Shown here: positions 38,909-50,723 of the stretch, piece by piece
Numbering within the stretch: the first letter of the stretch is position 1
Layout of the letters: every line of letters begins with the position of its first letter
NCBI GenBank assembly: GCA_037481775.1
Contig: JBBFKZ010000011.1
Coordinates: forward strand, 1-55,206
Length of the DNA stretch: 55,206 nt
DNA from: Candidatus Bathyarchaeia archaeon
GTDB lineage: Archaea; Thermoproteota; Bathyarchaeia; Bathyarchaeales; Bathycorpusculaceae
Reading direction: 5' to 3'
Made by a program: the position numbers and the translations under genes
The notes under the pieces: generated by a model
Databases searched by the model: none
What the model saw: the letters and a program-made list of their open reading frames with translations, nothing else
Told to the model about the DNA's origin: nothing

Positions 38909-41900
38909 CTATCGCATCACGATCACGCGTATTCCTGCGCCTCCTTCCCTAATTTTTTCTACCGGCACCCTTTGTCTTGTTCCACCGATGCTTATTTGGA
39001 GATTCACGCCTGCGTCCTCGGTGTACTCCTCCCTCAAAACTATCACAAGCGTGTATAACCCTGATTTCTCCACTCTCCACGCCAAGGTCGGATTAACCTC
39101 TCCACGGATTATAGAGTCAGGCGTTCTTACTGCCAATTCTCGGTGTTTCCACCACTCACTGTTTTCCCAAGGTTGAATGACGCCTTCAAAGATTTCTATG
39201 CACACTTTCTTCCCAAATGTTTCAGTCTGAACGGTGATGGTTTCGTTTTCGCCTAGCATTGGAAGATACACCATTAACGCTTGCGGCGTGGTCTCAGCCG
39301 CTATTTTTTCTTCCAGCGCGTACAAGGAAACTTTACCTTCTACTTCAATGGGTTTGTTTTCTATCCTGCTTATTGTGAAGTTCTCGGTGTATGAGTGAAG
39401 CCCAAATTCCACAAACCCCTCCTTGTTTATTGGCGCTAGAAACTTGTGCGTCTTCCACTCTTTGGTGTCAGTTTTCTCGATAAATGAATATTCAAACCAT
39501 GTCTCAGAGTATTGGTTGTAAAGGTATATGCTCAGCTTGTCTGTTCCAGCGTCCAAATACGTAATCTCAACGCATGTTAAATTCGGTGTGGCCACAAAAA
39601 ACCGTGGCGAGTCACTTCCGGCGATAACCGCCTGCGCAAGTACGCCGTTAACTGACTGCGGCGCAGTCCAGCCTTTTCCGTTAATGGCTGTGGGCAGCGT
39701 CGAGTTCTCTGTTATCGGCGAATCCACGAGCGGCCCAACTTTATAGAGTTTCTGGCTTCCGCCGTATGGTATTCGGGGGAAAAAAGGTGTTCCCAAAAAC
39801 CGCGCCAACTGCAGCGCATCAAAGTGTCCATGTTCACGCGCCCAATCTACATCTAAAATATACTGCACGTTCTCGCTTTGCAGATACCGCAGTATAGCCG
39901 TCATATCCGTCATGTTGTAGAGTTGCCGCGCTTCCCACCCGTCCAAGTAGAAGAAGTAATCGTTACTGCAGTTTTTCACGTAGTAGATTCGGTTTTCTAT
40001 TGTGGCGACCTTTTCGCCTTCCTTCAAGTGCTCGTTTAACCATTTCCATGCCGCTGCTTCAGGATATGAAAGGCTCAGCGCCGCCCACTTTTCCGCATTG
40101 GGATTTTCTAAGAACCATAAGAAGTTGTAAGGCGGCTGATCATTTAGGTTCTCCATGAATATCTTGCCGCCCATACAGAACGTTACGCTGGGAAATATGA
40201 AGGCGATAATGAGCATCACTGCAATGGAAATTCTGAGTAAATCACTTTTGCGAGGAAGCCTCAACCTGCTTCTAGGCTTACCCGGCGAATCTTTAATCTG
40301 CATTTCCCCGTTTCTATCATACTTCTCGCAGTGCTCCAGCGCTTTCGCAATGGGCAAGGCGCTTAAGAGTGCAAAGCCAGGCATTGCGATTACAATGTGC
40401 CTCGGAAACCCCCATGTTAACCCGCTGAGTATAAACGCAACCAGAATTAAAGGCCACGTAGCCAACAGCCAAAACTTTCTGTTCTGAGCTGAAACCAGCG
40501 CGATTCCTAGAATCGTCAGCAGGGAGATTGCTGGAAAATGAATTCTAAAAGTGAGTAATATGCCGATTTTCTCCGGTAACACTACTTCGCCGCCAAACAG
40601 GCTACGCGTAGCGGACCATTTTATGCCGTTAACAGTTGTTTCCATAATTAACGGGTCAATGTTTACGCCGCCAAGTACTGTGTAGGCATTTGGATAAACT
40701 GGGTTTCCAAGTAGGACAAAATTTCGGATGTACCAGACGCCGCCAACGAGCAAAGCGGGCAAAACTAGCAGCAAGAAAATCTTAGCGCTCACTTTGACGC
40801 AACGCTTATTTTTGATGAATACCGCAATCAAGGCGATGAGGAAAAACGGTGCAAGATACATGGCCAAATACGAAGTTAACAATGCAAACCCATAGAAAAC
40901 GCCGCACATGATCCAGCATCTGTTTGACCCTTTCTTTATGGCGAGAAACAGGAACATAACTGCTGCCGTGCAGAAGAAAGTTAACGTGGAATAGCTTGTG
41001 GCGTATATTGAATACCTGAAAAACAGTGGTGTCATAGCGAGAAGCAAGGCTGAAATTAGCCCATACCGTTTTCCAGCAAGGGTTTCACCAATCTTATAGG
41101 TTGCTAGAACTGTTAAAACGCCCATCACGGGCGAAATAGCTCTAAGGTAAAAATCTTCAATTAACCCCATCTGGACGTAATAGAAGGCGCCTAACGCGGA
41201 GAACAGCGGCGGAAAGTTTGCGCTCATCTGTATGCCAATAGAAGGCCCAGCTATTACAGGAATACCATGGTTATCATACATGATTACAGCCATCGTTGCA
41301 TGGTAAACAGTTGCATCCCAATGCATAACAACACTTAACAGCGCATGGTAAAAGCATAAAACAAATATTACGACGATAGCTGTGCATGGCAACAGCCAGA
41401 ACTTAAGGTTCCTTAGCTTACACGGTTTTACTATAGCTAACCACAATTTGAGTTCGCTTACTGAAGGTTTAATCTGCGCCTTCCGCCCGCGGAAAACTGC
41501 AGCTAGAAAGCCGGCGCATAGCAGCAAAATGGCCGTGTTTAGCGGAATCTGGTATAATGCCCCGAGGATTCCTAGGATGGTTGTTATTAACCCTGTTAAT
41601 CCAACTCCAAGCCCAAGCGTGCTTAAGAGCTTGATAACTGCATCTTTCTCGTTGGCCAATAATGCATGCGCTGAGATTATGCCGAGAACTAAAATTTCCA
41701 CGGTAGCCAAAACCGCCTGAGGTATTCCATTAACCTGAAGTGGACTAAACTTGATTGCGGGCTTGGCTATCCAATCTGCAACCTGCTCCAGTGTTTCTAA
41801 CCATGTCTGATTTGCATAAACGTAAACGGTCCAGGCAAGCGCCAGGAGCACCAGAACGGCCAGTGGCACTGCTAAATTCGCTTTTGCCTGCTTCGCGTCT

Positions 41901-41926
41901 GCTTCCGCCACCCCGTCTGCTTCCAT
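38909..41926 (-). CDS. GT-C fold glycosyltransferase (GT39/PMT-like), paralog with an extra extracellular domain
   Basis: HWDATVYH...IPVIAGPSIGIQMSANFP; WYIRNFVLLGNPVYP; AWKWLNEH. Confidence 0.85.
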   Translation of the reverse strand: MEADGVAEADAKQAKANLAVPLAVLVLLALAWTVYVYANQTWLETLEQVADWIAKPAIKFSPLQVNGIPQAVLATVEILVLGIISAHALLANEKDAVIKLLSTLGLGVGLTGLITTILGILGALYQIPLNTAILLLCAGFLAAVFRGRKAQIKPSVSELKLWLAIVKPCKLRNLKFWLLPCTAIVVIFVLCFYHALLSVVMHWDATVYHATMAVIMYDNHGIPVIAGPSIGIQMSANFPPLFSALGAFYYVQMGLIEDFYLRAISPVMGVLTVLATYKIGETLAGKRYGLISALLLAMTPLFFRYSIYATSYSTLTFFCTAAVMFLFLAIKKGSNRCWIMCGVFYGFALLTSYLAMYLAPFFLIALIAVFIKNKRCVKVSAKIFLLLVLPALLVGGVWYIRNFVLLGNPVYPNAYTVLGGVNIDPLIMETTVNGIKWSATRSLFGGEVVLPEKIGILLTFRIHFPAISLLTILGIALVSAQNRKFWLLATWPLILVAFILSGLTWGFPRHIVIAMPGFALLSALPIAKALEHCEKYDRNGEMQIKDSPGKPRSRLRLPRKSDLLRISIAVMLIIAFIFPSVTFCMGGKIFMENLNDQPPYNFLWFLENPNAEKWAALSLSYPEAAAWKWLNEHLKEGEKVATIENRIYYVKNCSNDYFFYLDGWEARQLYNMTDMTAILRYLQSENVQYILDVDWAREHGHFDALQLARFLGTPFFPRIPYGGSQKLYKVGPLVDSPITENSTLPTAINGKGWTAPQSVNGVLAQAVIAGSDSPRFFVATPNLTCVEITYLDAGTDKLSIYLYNQYSETWFEYSFIEKTDTKEWKTHKFLAPINKEGFVEFGLHSYTENFTISRIENKPIEVEGKVSLYALEEKIAAETTPQALMVYLPMLGENETITVQTETFGKKVCIEIFEGVIQPWENSEWWKHRELAVRTPDSIIRGEVNPTLAWRVEKSGLYTLVIVLREEYTEDAGVNLQISIGGTRQRVPVEKIREGGAGIRVIVMR

Positions 41927-41928
41927 TT

Positions 41929-42705
41929 CTATTTCTTCACCATTCCTCGGCTATTTGTGTGGAATTGTTTGTAAACAATTATGACTGTTAGCGTGATAAG
42001 TGTTGCAATCGCAATCGCCGCGGCGGTAGGCCACCAAAAATCAGCCGCAGCCGTAGCTCGAGTGAATGCTATGAATGAATATCCTTCTGTTGTTGTTTTA
42101 AAGTATAGGAAGTTATCATCTTCTGCAATCTTCTCTAGGGGGCACTCGTAAATTCTTCTTTTATCATAATGGTAAAGCGTAAAGGTGGCTTCTTCCGCGT
42201 TGCCATGTATCTCGCTTTTTTCGAGGGCGAAAAGCATCGTAACATTAGTAATTTTGCTGGTTGTTTCACTCAAAAACCTAATAGTGTAGTATCTAGAAAC
42301 GCCCCCAGCGTTAGGTATATCCGCATAGAAAGGTTTCTCGTTTAAAACGTTCAGCGCGCAACTAAAATATGCCACCGTTTCACTGAGTTCCACTGTCATG
42401 TTTCTCACAAGCGGTTTCGCAGCGTATTTGGTGAAATCTATGAAAAAGACGCTTGAGGGTGAGGTTAAGGCTTCAGAAGCAACAGTTTCTTCGACAATTG
42501 TATGCGGATAAAGCTCGGGGAAGAAAGTGTCAGCGCTTGCTGCTGCACATGGAATAAGCAAAACTGAAAGTACCAGGACAGCGGCAACTGTCAGCTTCAA
42601 GCTTATGTTACCCTTTTTTCCATTTCTTATCCTATTTTTATCCCCCGCTCGAAGCAAGCTTGCAGAGGCTTCACGTAGCCTATGCTTTTCGGGCATTAAA
42701 ATCAC
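41929..42705 (-). CDS. Membrane-anchored secreted protein, PGF-pre-PGF-like domain
   Basis: Signal-like hydrophobic stretch; NVT..F..EK; LYHYD; YF...T.G.SF.A; C-terminal TM; start uncertain. Confidence 0.6.
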   Translation of the reverse strand: MILMPEKHRLREASASLLRAGDKNRIRNGKKGNISLKLTVAAVLVLSVLLIPCAAASADTFFPELYPHTIVEETVASEALTSPSSVFFIDFTKYAAKPLVRNMTVELSETVAYFSCALNVLNEKPFYADIPNAGGVSRYYTIRFLSETTSKITNVTMLFALEKSEIHGNAEEATFTLYHYDKRRIYECPLEKIAEDDNFLYFKTTTEGYSFIAFTRATAAADFWWPTAAAIAIATLITLTVIIVYKQFHTNSRGMVKK

Positions 42706-42868
42706 GCTTTCCCACTGCCCTTGGTTCCGTAGTTAAATGCAAGTCTATTTAAAACCTCTGCTTGCCGTGCTGCACATCGGCAGTTTTCAATTAAACAGCA
42801 AATTTTATTGCCGCAACCAACGAATTAAATTAGCTAAAGCCTAATAGGCCGCAGAAGCTGGGGCTGCC

Positions 42869-44032
42869 TTGAAGAAATCCTGGTTTCACATTACATTGCT
42901 TGTTTGCATCTCCTTCCCAATACTGATGCTGCTCTTCTTAGATTACACCAATCTCGAGGGATACAACTATGTTTACAACACTGAAGCCCGCGCCTTCGAA
43001 GGCTGGTCTAACGTGTTTTTTAATCAAAATTTCCTTTTCGAATTAACTTGGAAAGGCCGCATGTTTCTGCTTGTTTTCCTCTGGATATTCTTAATTGAGT
43101 CAGCCCTCGACTGGAGAAGCATAACAGACGAAACGCCGAAAAGCCGCTCCATAATGCTTGCTTCGTTTCTCTGCGCGTTAATCCCAACGCTTTACATCTT
43201 AGCCATAAACTTCCTCGGCTTGGACCTGGCTTTGCTCCAGTTTGGCCGCGACATTGGTATTCGCAGTGTCACCCCAGAAAATCAGCCCTGGGACTTCCTA
43301 TACCTGCAGTGGCCCATATCCTGCGAATATGTGGTGTTCACAGTATTTTTCGTCAGCGCTGCAGTGCTGGCCTACAAAATGCGTGGACTCAAATACTTCT
43401 CGATCTCCTTCACGTTACTCGGCGGGATAGCCACTGCCTACTTGTTTGACACCATTTACCCATTCGGCATTTTCCGTCCTCTTCAAGCGTTCGCGCTTCC
43501 AACAGCCGCTGTAGCCGCTGCGCTTCTCGATTTGCTCGGCTATGCTGTGAGGTTAACCTTTCCTGTTTACGCTTTCGACTCTTATCTGCCCTCTCTAGCA
43601 ATTAGTATGGGTGGCCAATCTGCAAGTGTTATAATTGCTTGGGCATGCGCGGGTGTTCAAAGCCTGTTGCTTTACATCGTGATAATCCTTGTTTTCTTCA
43701 AAAAAGCAGTGCTTTCCGGCTTCCGCAAATTAGCCTACTTCATCATAGGCTTATTCGGCACTTTCTTCGTGAACGTTCTCCGAGTGATCTCCATCCTTCT
43801 CATCATGCTTGATCAAGGACGCGAGGCTGGCATGGTTTTCCATAATACCTACGGCGAAATGTACTCGGTTATCTGGATTCTACTATACATACTATCAATA
43901 GGTTTCATCCAAAGATTCATGCTGGTTGAAAGAACTAGACATGCTTTTGCCAGATTCTTATCCTTGCTTGGAAGTGCCAAAAATAGGCTTCCGCGGCAAC
44001 CCACGGCAGCAAAGGCTGATGAGCCTAAATAA
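42869..44032 (+). CDS. Exosortase/archaeosortase family protein (thaumarchaeosortase-like)
   Basis: Multi-TM; catalytic triad motifs ACAGVQS, VNVLRV, FHNTYGE; TWKGR. Confidence 0.9.
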   Translation: MKKSWFHITLLVCISFPILMLLFLDYTNLEGYNYVYNTEARAFEGWSNVFFNQNFLFELTWKGRMFLLVFLWIFLIESALDWRSITDETPKSRSIMLASFLCALIPTLYILAINFLGLDLALLQFGRDIGIRSVTPENQPWDFLYLQWPISCEYVVFTVFFVSAAVLAYKMRGLKYFSISFTLLGGIATAYLFDTIYPFGIFRPLQAFALPTAAVAAALLDLLGYAVRLTFPVYAFDSYLPSLAISMGGQSASVIIAWACAGVQSLLLYIVIILVFFKKAVLSGFRKLAYFIIGLFGTFFVNVLRVISILLIMLDQGREAGMVFHNTYGEMYSVIWILLYILSIGFIQRFMLVERTRHAFARFLSLLGSAKNRLPRQPTAAKADEPK

Positions 44033-44111
44033 ACTATAAATAAAATCTATCCAGCAATTCTCTATGTTACTGCACGTTCTTTACTGTGTTTTTGTTGAGA
44101 TGGCAAATAGT

Positions 44112-45167
44112 TTAGCTTACTTCCTGTTTTTTCTTCTTTTGGAATTTGAGTTCTGGTGGCGCCAACGTTATTTTTGTGTCTGGAGCAACTGGCGAGGTAA
44201 TCCAAACGTTTCCGCCTATTACCACGTTGTCGCCTATTACTGCGTCAGGGCCGAGAAGCGTGGCGCCTGAATAAATCACCACGTTATTTCCGACTGTGGG
44301 GTGCCTCTTTCTGCCTCTGATTATGTTTCCCTTCTCGTCTTTCGGAAAGCTTAAGGCGCCCAAGGTTACTCCCTGATACAGCTTCACGTTGTCGCCGATT
44401 TCCGTTGTTTCGCCTATAACCACGCCTGTGCCGTGATCAATGAAGAAGTTTTTGCCGATTTTCGCGCCTGGATGAATGTCTATGCCCGTAAGCGAATGCA
44501 CGTGCTCGCTCATTATTCTGGGAATCAGCGGGACGCCGCGTATGTAGAGTTCATGTGCTATACGGTAAGTGGTTATCGCCAAAACGCATGGATAGCTGAG
44601 TATGACTTCTTCTGTGCTTACCGCGGCTGGGTCGCCGTTGTAGGCGGCTTTGATGTCTCCGCTAAGCACTGCTCTTATTTCAGGAAGCTTCTCTAAAAGC
44701 TCTTTGACAACCACTTGGGCTCTTCTTTGGCAGACATCATGGGGGCACTCGGTGATTTTTCGGCAAATGTACTTGAGGCTTTTCGTCACTTCATTCGTAA
44801 GCCTGGTGTAAATTGACATTAACGTATTGCCCAAAAAGTAGCGGATGTTGGCTTTAGTGACTTCTTCTTTACCGAAGTATCCTGGAAAAAGCACTTTAAA
44901 CATGTCTTCAAGGACTTCTATGACGACTTTTTTGGAGGGCAAATCTTTCCCTTCAAGATGGTCCATACCGCCGAACTTCTCGTAGTTCTTAATCATCTCG
45001 TCGACGAGGAGCGGCAAACCCTTTTCAGGCCAGTTATTCTCTAAGCTTACTTCGCCCTTCACTAGGGCTTCCAGCATTCTCTCAGGTATCCAACAGTACG
45101 TCTCTCTATCTTGACTTTGGGGGTTCATTTTTGTTTCTCTTTGTGGTTGATTTGCCTTGGGTTTCAT
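44112..45167 (-). CDS. cysE: Serine O-acetyltransferase (long EpsC-type)
   Basis: GDPAA...[48 protein letters not shown]; ATG at 45167 after GAGGAG. Confidence 0.93.
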   Translation of the reverse strand: MKPKANQPQRETKMNPQSQDRETYCWIPERMLEALVKGEVSLENNWPEKGLPLLVDEMIKNYEKFGGMDHLEGKDLPSKKVVIEVLEDMFKVLFPGYFGKEEVTKANIRYFLGNTLMSIYTRLTNEVTKSLKYICRKITECPHDVCQRRAQVVVKELLEKLPEIRAVLSGDIKAAYNGDPAAVSTEEVILSYPCVLAITTYRIAHELYIRGVPLIPRIMSEHVHSLTGIDIHPGAKIGKNFFIDHGTGVVIGETTEIGDNVKLYQGVTLGALSFPKDEKGNIIRGRKRHPTVGNNVVIYSGATLLGPDAVIGDNVVIGGNVWITSPVAPDTKITLAPPELKFQKKKKQEVS

Positions 45168-45217
45168 TGGGCTCTCCTCTTTCATAATTGAGCAGAGCGG
45201 AATATAAGGAATAATCA

Positions 45218-46186
45218 TCACAGATGGTCTATGTATTCAAAATTGGAGATTACTGTGGTTTCCTGAAACAGCGGAGTGCTGAGGTAACGCTCTCCTGTGT
45301 CAGGTAGAATAACAACTAGTAGTTTGCCTTTGTTTTCTGCTCTTTTGGCAACTTGTAGCGCGGCGTATGTTGCTGCGCCCGCGGATATTCCCACCAGCAA
45401 ACCTTCTTTTAAGGCGAGGAGCCGTGCGGTTTGCATTGCGTCTTCGTCTTTTACTTGGATGACTTCATCTACTAAGTTGAGTTTCAATACATCTGGGATG
45501 AAGCCCGCGCCGATTCCTTGGATTTTATGTGGTCCTGGTTTTCCGCCGCTTAGAACTGGCGAGTTAGCTGGTTCTACGGCTATGGCTTTGAACTGAGGTT
45601 TGAGCGGTTTGATGTATTCGGCTACGCCTGTGATAGTGCCGCCTGTTCCTACACCTGCGACGAGTATATCGACTTGCCCTTCTGTGGCGTTCCATATTTC
45701 TGGGCCTGTGGTTTCTCTATGAATTTTCGGATTAGCCGAGTTCTTGAATTGTTGGGGGACAAAGCTGTTTGGCGTGTTTGCGGCGAGTTCTTCAGCTTTT
45801 CTGACAGCGCCTTTCATGCCCTCAGCACCTGGCGTGAGGACGAGTTCGGCGCCGTAGGCTTTTAGCAAGTTGCGGCGTTCGATGCTCATAGTTTCTGGCA
45901 TCGTGAGGATGAGGCGGTAACCTTTTACAGCGGCGACCATGGCTAAGCCAATGCCCGTGTTGCCGCTTGTCGGCTCAATTATGACGGATGTTCCTGGTTT
46001 GATTAGTCCTTGCTTTTCGGCTTCGTTTATCATGCTTAGGCAGATGCGGTCTTTGACGCTGCCGCCTGGATTTCGCGATTCTAACTTTGCCACAACTGTG
46101 GCTTTTAGGCCTGCTGTTAGGCGGTTTAGGCGTACTAATGGTGTTTGTCCTATTGTTTCGAGGACGTTGTTGTATATTCTGGTCAT
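45218..46186 (-). CDS. cysK: Cysteine synthase A
   Basis: [49 protein letters not shown]; start at 46186 or 46201. Confidence 0.96.
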   Translation of the reverse strand: MTRIYNNVLETIGQTPLVRLNRLTAGLKATVVAKLESRNPGGSVKDRICLSMINEAEKQGLIKPGTSVIIEPTSGNTGIGLAMVAAVKGYRLILTMPETMSIERRNLLKAYGAELVLTPGAEGMKGAVRKAEELAANTPNSFVPQQFKNSANPKIHRETTGPEIWNATEGQVDILVAGVGTGGTITGVAEYIKPLKPQFKAIAVEPANSPVLSGGKPGPHKIQGIGAGFIPDVLKLNLVDEVIQVKDEDAMQTARLLALKEGLLVGISAGAATYAALQVAKRAENKGKLLVVILPDTGERYLSTPLFQETTVISNFEYIDHL

Positions 46187-46204
46187 GTTGTTTACATCCA
46201 TGCG

Positions 46205-46221
46205 TTATAACGGCGTTATAA
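46205..46221. promoter_or_regulatory. Palindromic operator upstream of cysK
   Basis: TTATAAC-GGC-GTTATAA with perfect arms, between a TATA-like element (about 46231-46240, minus strand) and the start codon. Confidence 0.7.
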
Positions 46222-46331
46222 TGTAACGGGGAAATATAAAAACCTTTACTACTTCTGCAATTTTTCGGTCAAGTTACAGTGAAAAAGCAGACTTGTATAA
46301 CGGAATCGTCCGCAATTTGTTTTGATTCTGC

Positions 46332-46646
46332 TTAACTCAAAGACATGCAGAGTTTGCAGAATTCTACTGAAATTTCGTCTGCACAAATTTCGTTATTTGC
46401 GAGACGCTTAGCGGTTTCTTCAGCTATCGCCTTAATTTTGGGTAAAATGTCCCCGAATTGTCCGCTGGTTTTGAATGCCCTTTTAGAATTGATATACTGG
46501 CTTATTGCCGCTTGGGTTGTGCCGAGTTTTTGAGCCGCCTCAACCTGAGTAAGCTTATAAGTGGTTACGAGCTCTTTTGCAACAAGTGACCTAAATATAG
46601 GCATTACGTATTTGCTGATTGTTTCACATCGAGCTGCCATGTCCAT
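46332..46646 (-). CDS. HTH transcriptional regulator (COG2522-like)
   Basis: CE......P..R..VAKEL; LTQVEAAQKLGTTQAAISQY...KR; C-terminal C..C; start at 46646 or 46640. Confidence 0.88.
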   Translation of the reverse strand: MDMAARCETISKYVMPIFRSLVAKELVTTYKLTQVEAAQKLGTTQAAISQYINSKRAFKTSGQFGDILPKIKAIAEETAKRLANNEICADEISVEFCKLCMSLS

Positions 46647-46654
46647 CAGTACAA

Positions 46655-46669
46655 TATAACACACTTATA
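46655..46669. promoter_or_regulatory. Degenerate copy of the operator upstream of the HTH regulator
   Basis: TATAAC-ACA-CTTATA, one arm mismatch. Confidence 0.45.
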
Positions 46670-46715
46670 TTTATAAATCAGTTGCTCAAAAGCATCTTTA
46701 AAGGCGCTGCCGCAT

Positions 46716-47270
46716 TTACAGTATTCTTAGCAAGTCTGCCTTGGTGATAATTCCAATGATTTCGCCTTTTTTAAAGACTAAGACTGCAGAGTAAGTTTGA
46801 AGGAGACTTGAAATTAACGATAATGGTGCTTCTTCGCTGATTTGTGGAAATGGTTCTTCCATGATGGCTTCAGCTGGTAACTTGGAAATTTGAGCTAAAT
46901 CTTTCCCGGATATGATTTGACGCAAAATTGTTTTTTCAGATATGCTTCCAACTGCCTGTTTTCCATCGAATACAGGGATCTGCGAGTATCCATATTCTCT
47001 CATTAGTTTGACAACCTTGGAGATCAGTTCATCTTTTTGCACGCCAATAACCTGATTAGGCACAACCTTTTTCTCTTGGATTTTGATTTTAGCTTCTAGG
47101 TGCTCGAGGACATCAAAAATTGCTCTCACTTTAGTGTAGGCAGGGTCGATTTTTCCTGATTCCAGTTTAGCGATAAAAGATTGGCTAACGCCTGCTATTC
47201 TTGCCAATTCTGCTTGCTTTAGGCCGAGTCTTCTTCGTCGTTTACCTATTTCATCTAGTTCTGGAAGCAT
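46716..47270 (-). CDS. XRE-HTH + CBS domain transcriptional regulator (COG3620-like)
   Basis: RRRLGLKQAELARIAGVSQSFIAKLESGKIDP; YSQIPV, GSISE, GIITKADLL. Confidence 0.92.
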   Translation of the reverse strand: MLPELDEIGKRRRRLGLKQAELARIAGVSQSFIAKLESGKIDPAYTKVRAIFDVLEHLEAKIKIQEKKVVPNQVIGVQKDELISKVVKLMREYGYSQIPVFDGKQAVGSISEKTILRQIISGKDLAQISKLPAEAIMEEPFPQISEEAPLSLISSLLQTYSAVLVFKKGEIIGIITKADLLRIL

Positions 47271-47279
47271 GTTTAGTAA

Positions 47280-48692
<1,413 letters not shown>

Positions 48693-48735
48693 AATTCAGC
48701 ATTTAACAACGTAATGCCGCAACATTTTAAGGAGG

Positions 48736-49878
48736 ATGACCAGACTCGCTACAACCGAACTGTTGGAAAAGACAGAAACAAAATACTTCACTTTTGCTCA
48801 TTCACCCGCGGAGTTTACCCTAGAATCCGGAGAAAAGATAGGTCCTATCACGCTGGCATATGAAACATATGGTACGCTTAACAAGAAAAAATCAAACGCC
48901 ATCCTAGTTCTTCATGCCCTTTCCGGTGATGCACATGCTGCAGGCGTAAGCAAAAGTGACGGTACAGTTGGATGGTGGGACAACTTAATCGGGCCGGGTA
49001 AAGGTATAGACACCGATAAATATTTCGTTATATGTTCTAATGTCCTCGGCGGCTGTAAAGGCTCCACAGGTCCTTCTTCAATTAATCCCCAAACAAGTAA
49101 ACCCTACGGCATCGCCTTTCCAATAATAACAATTGGCGACATGGTAAACGCGCAACGTCATCTGATTGATTATTTAGGCATAAAGAAACTTTTAGCTGTT
49201 GTGGGCGGCTCAATGGGCGGCATGCAAGTGCTCCAGTGGATGGTTTCATATCCAGAAAGGATACTCGCGGCCATTCCGATAGCTACCACGTTGAAGCATA
49301 CACCACAACAAATCGCGTTCAACGAGGTCGGTCGGCAAGCAATAATGGCTGATCCAAACTGGCGTATGGGTGACTATTATGGTGGGCCAAAGCCAGTTAA
49401 AGGTTTAGCAGTTGCACGGATGATAGGTCATATCACATATATGAGCGACGTTTCAATGGAAAAGAAATTCGGTAGACGCTTGCGAGCAGATAAAGAACCA
49501 TATAAGTTTAGTGCAGACTTCGAAGTTGAAGGATACCTGCGCTATCGTGGCGACAACTTCGTCAAGCGATTTGATGCTAACTCATATTTATACATAACCA
49601 AAGCCATGGACTACTTTGACCTGCTAAATGGTAAATGCTTAAAAGACATTTTCAGGGGTCTGAAAGCAAGAGTTCTGGTAATTGCATTCAAGTCTGATTG
49701 GCTCTATCCGCCTTATCAATCACTGGAAATAGTTAAAGCTTGCAAACTCGCTGGCGTTGAGGCTGCGTACTGTGAAATTAACTCCACTTATGGACATGAT
49801 GCTTTTCTATTAGAAATCGAGGAAGAGGCGCATCTTATCAAGCATTTCCTGAACAAAGTTTCAAATGAACAAGAGTAA
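48736..49878 (+). CDS. metX: Homoserine O-acetyltransferase
   Basis: [11 protein letters not shown]...[31 protein letters not shown]. Confidence 0.96.
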   Translation: MTRLATTELLEKTETKYFTFAHSPAEFTLESGEKIGPITLAYETYGTLNKKKSNAILVLHALSGDAHAAGVSKSDGTVGWWDNLIGPGKGIDTDKYFVICSNVLGGCKGSTGPSSINPQTSKPYGIAFPIITIGDMVNAQRHLIDYLGIKKLLAVVGGSMGGMQVLQWMVSYPERILAAIPIATTLKHTPQQIAFNEVGRQAIMADPNWRMGDYYGGPKPVKGLAVARMIGHITYMSDVSMEKKFGRRLRADKEPYKFSADFEVEGYLRYRGDNFVKRFDANSYLYITKAMDYFDLLNGKCLKDIFRGLKARVLVIAFKSDWLYPPYQSLEIVKACKLAGVEAAYCEINSTYGHDAFLLEIEEEAHLIKHFLNKVSNEQE

Positions 49879-49884
49879 CGGGAT

Positions 49885-50517
49885 GTGATCTGGCTGCCGA
49901 AATCTATCAGACTTGATTATCAAATTATCTTAAACTGGATAAACACTGGTAGTTCAGTGTTGGATCTTGGTTGCGGAGACGGTGCCCTTCTAGCGATGCT
50001 TATAAAAATCAAAAATGTTCATGGGCACGGTATAGAAATAAACGAAAATGCTGTACGCAAATGCGTGGCACAAGGTCTAAACGTTTTTCAACAGGATATC
50101 GACATAGGCTTATCTGAATACGCAGACAAATCTTTCTATTACGTCATATTAAACCAGACTCTACAACAAGTAAAAAATCCAAGTTTCGTTTTGAAAGAAG
50201 CCCTCCGTGTAGGCAAGAGAGTCATCGTCGGCTTCCCAAATTTTGCTCATTATTCGGCTAGATTTTCAATATTTTTCAGAGGAAAAGTTCCCGTGACTCA
50301 TGCGCTTCCATATGAATGGCATAATACGCCAAATCTACATTTCTTAAGTATACTCGACTTCAAGGATTACTGTAAAAAGAAAAATATAAAAATCGAAGAC
50401 CAAGCTTTTACATCAAAAAATAAGCGAGTGCGATTTCTTCCAAATTTCAGGGCAGAATTTGGCTTTTTCTTGCTTTCAGATAAGCTAAGAATAATAGACC
50501 CTCACATTAACAAGTAA
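49885..50517 (+). CDS. metW: Methionine biosynthesis protein MetW
   Basis: VLDLGCGDG, VILNQTLQ, FPNFAH, LPYEWHNTPNLH. Confidence 0.93.
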   Translation: MIWLPKSIRLDYQIILNWINTGSSVLDLGCGDGALLAMLIKIKNVHGHGIEINENAVRKCVAQGLNVFQQDIDIGLSEYADKSFYYVILNQTLQQVKNPSFVLKEALRVGKRVIVGFPNFAHYSARFSIFFRGKVPVTHALPYEWHNTPNLHFLSILDFKDYCKKKNIKIEDQAFTSKNKRVRFLPNFRAEFGFFLLSDKLRIIDPHINK

Positions 50518-50635
50518 TACATGTAATAAGCAAGCCTAAATTTTTAAACAGCAAAGTAAGCCTTTTAATATTCACTACGCTATTATTGCCACATGAAAAC
50601 ACCATAGCTCATGAAACCTCGTAATTCACAAAAGC

Positions 50636-50723
50636 GCGGGGGTTGCCAAGCATGGCCAAAGGCGTAGGACTGAGGCTCCTATCCCATAGGGGTTCGTGGG
50701 TTCAAATCCCACCCCCCGCACCA
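50636..50723 (+). tRNA. tRNA-Leu (anticodon GAG)
   Basis: Acceptor stem GCGGGGG/CCCCCGC, anticodon arm TAGGA-CTGAGGC-TCCTA, long variable arm, GTGGG-TTCAAAT-CCCAC, encoded CCA. Confidence 0.96.
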
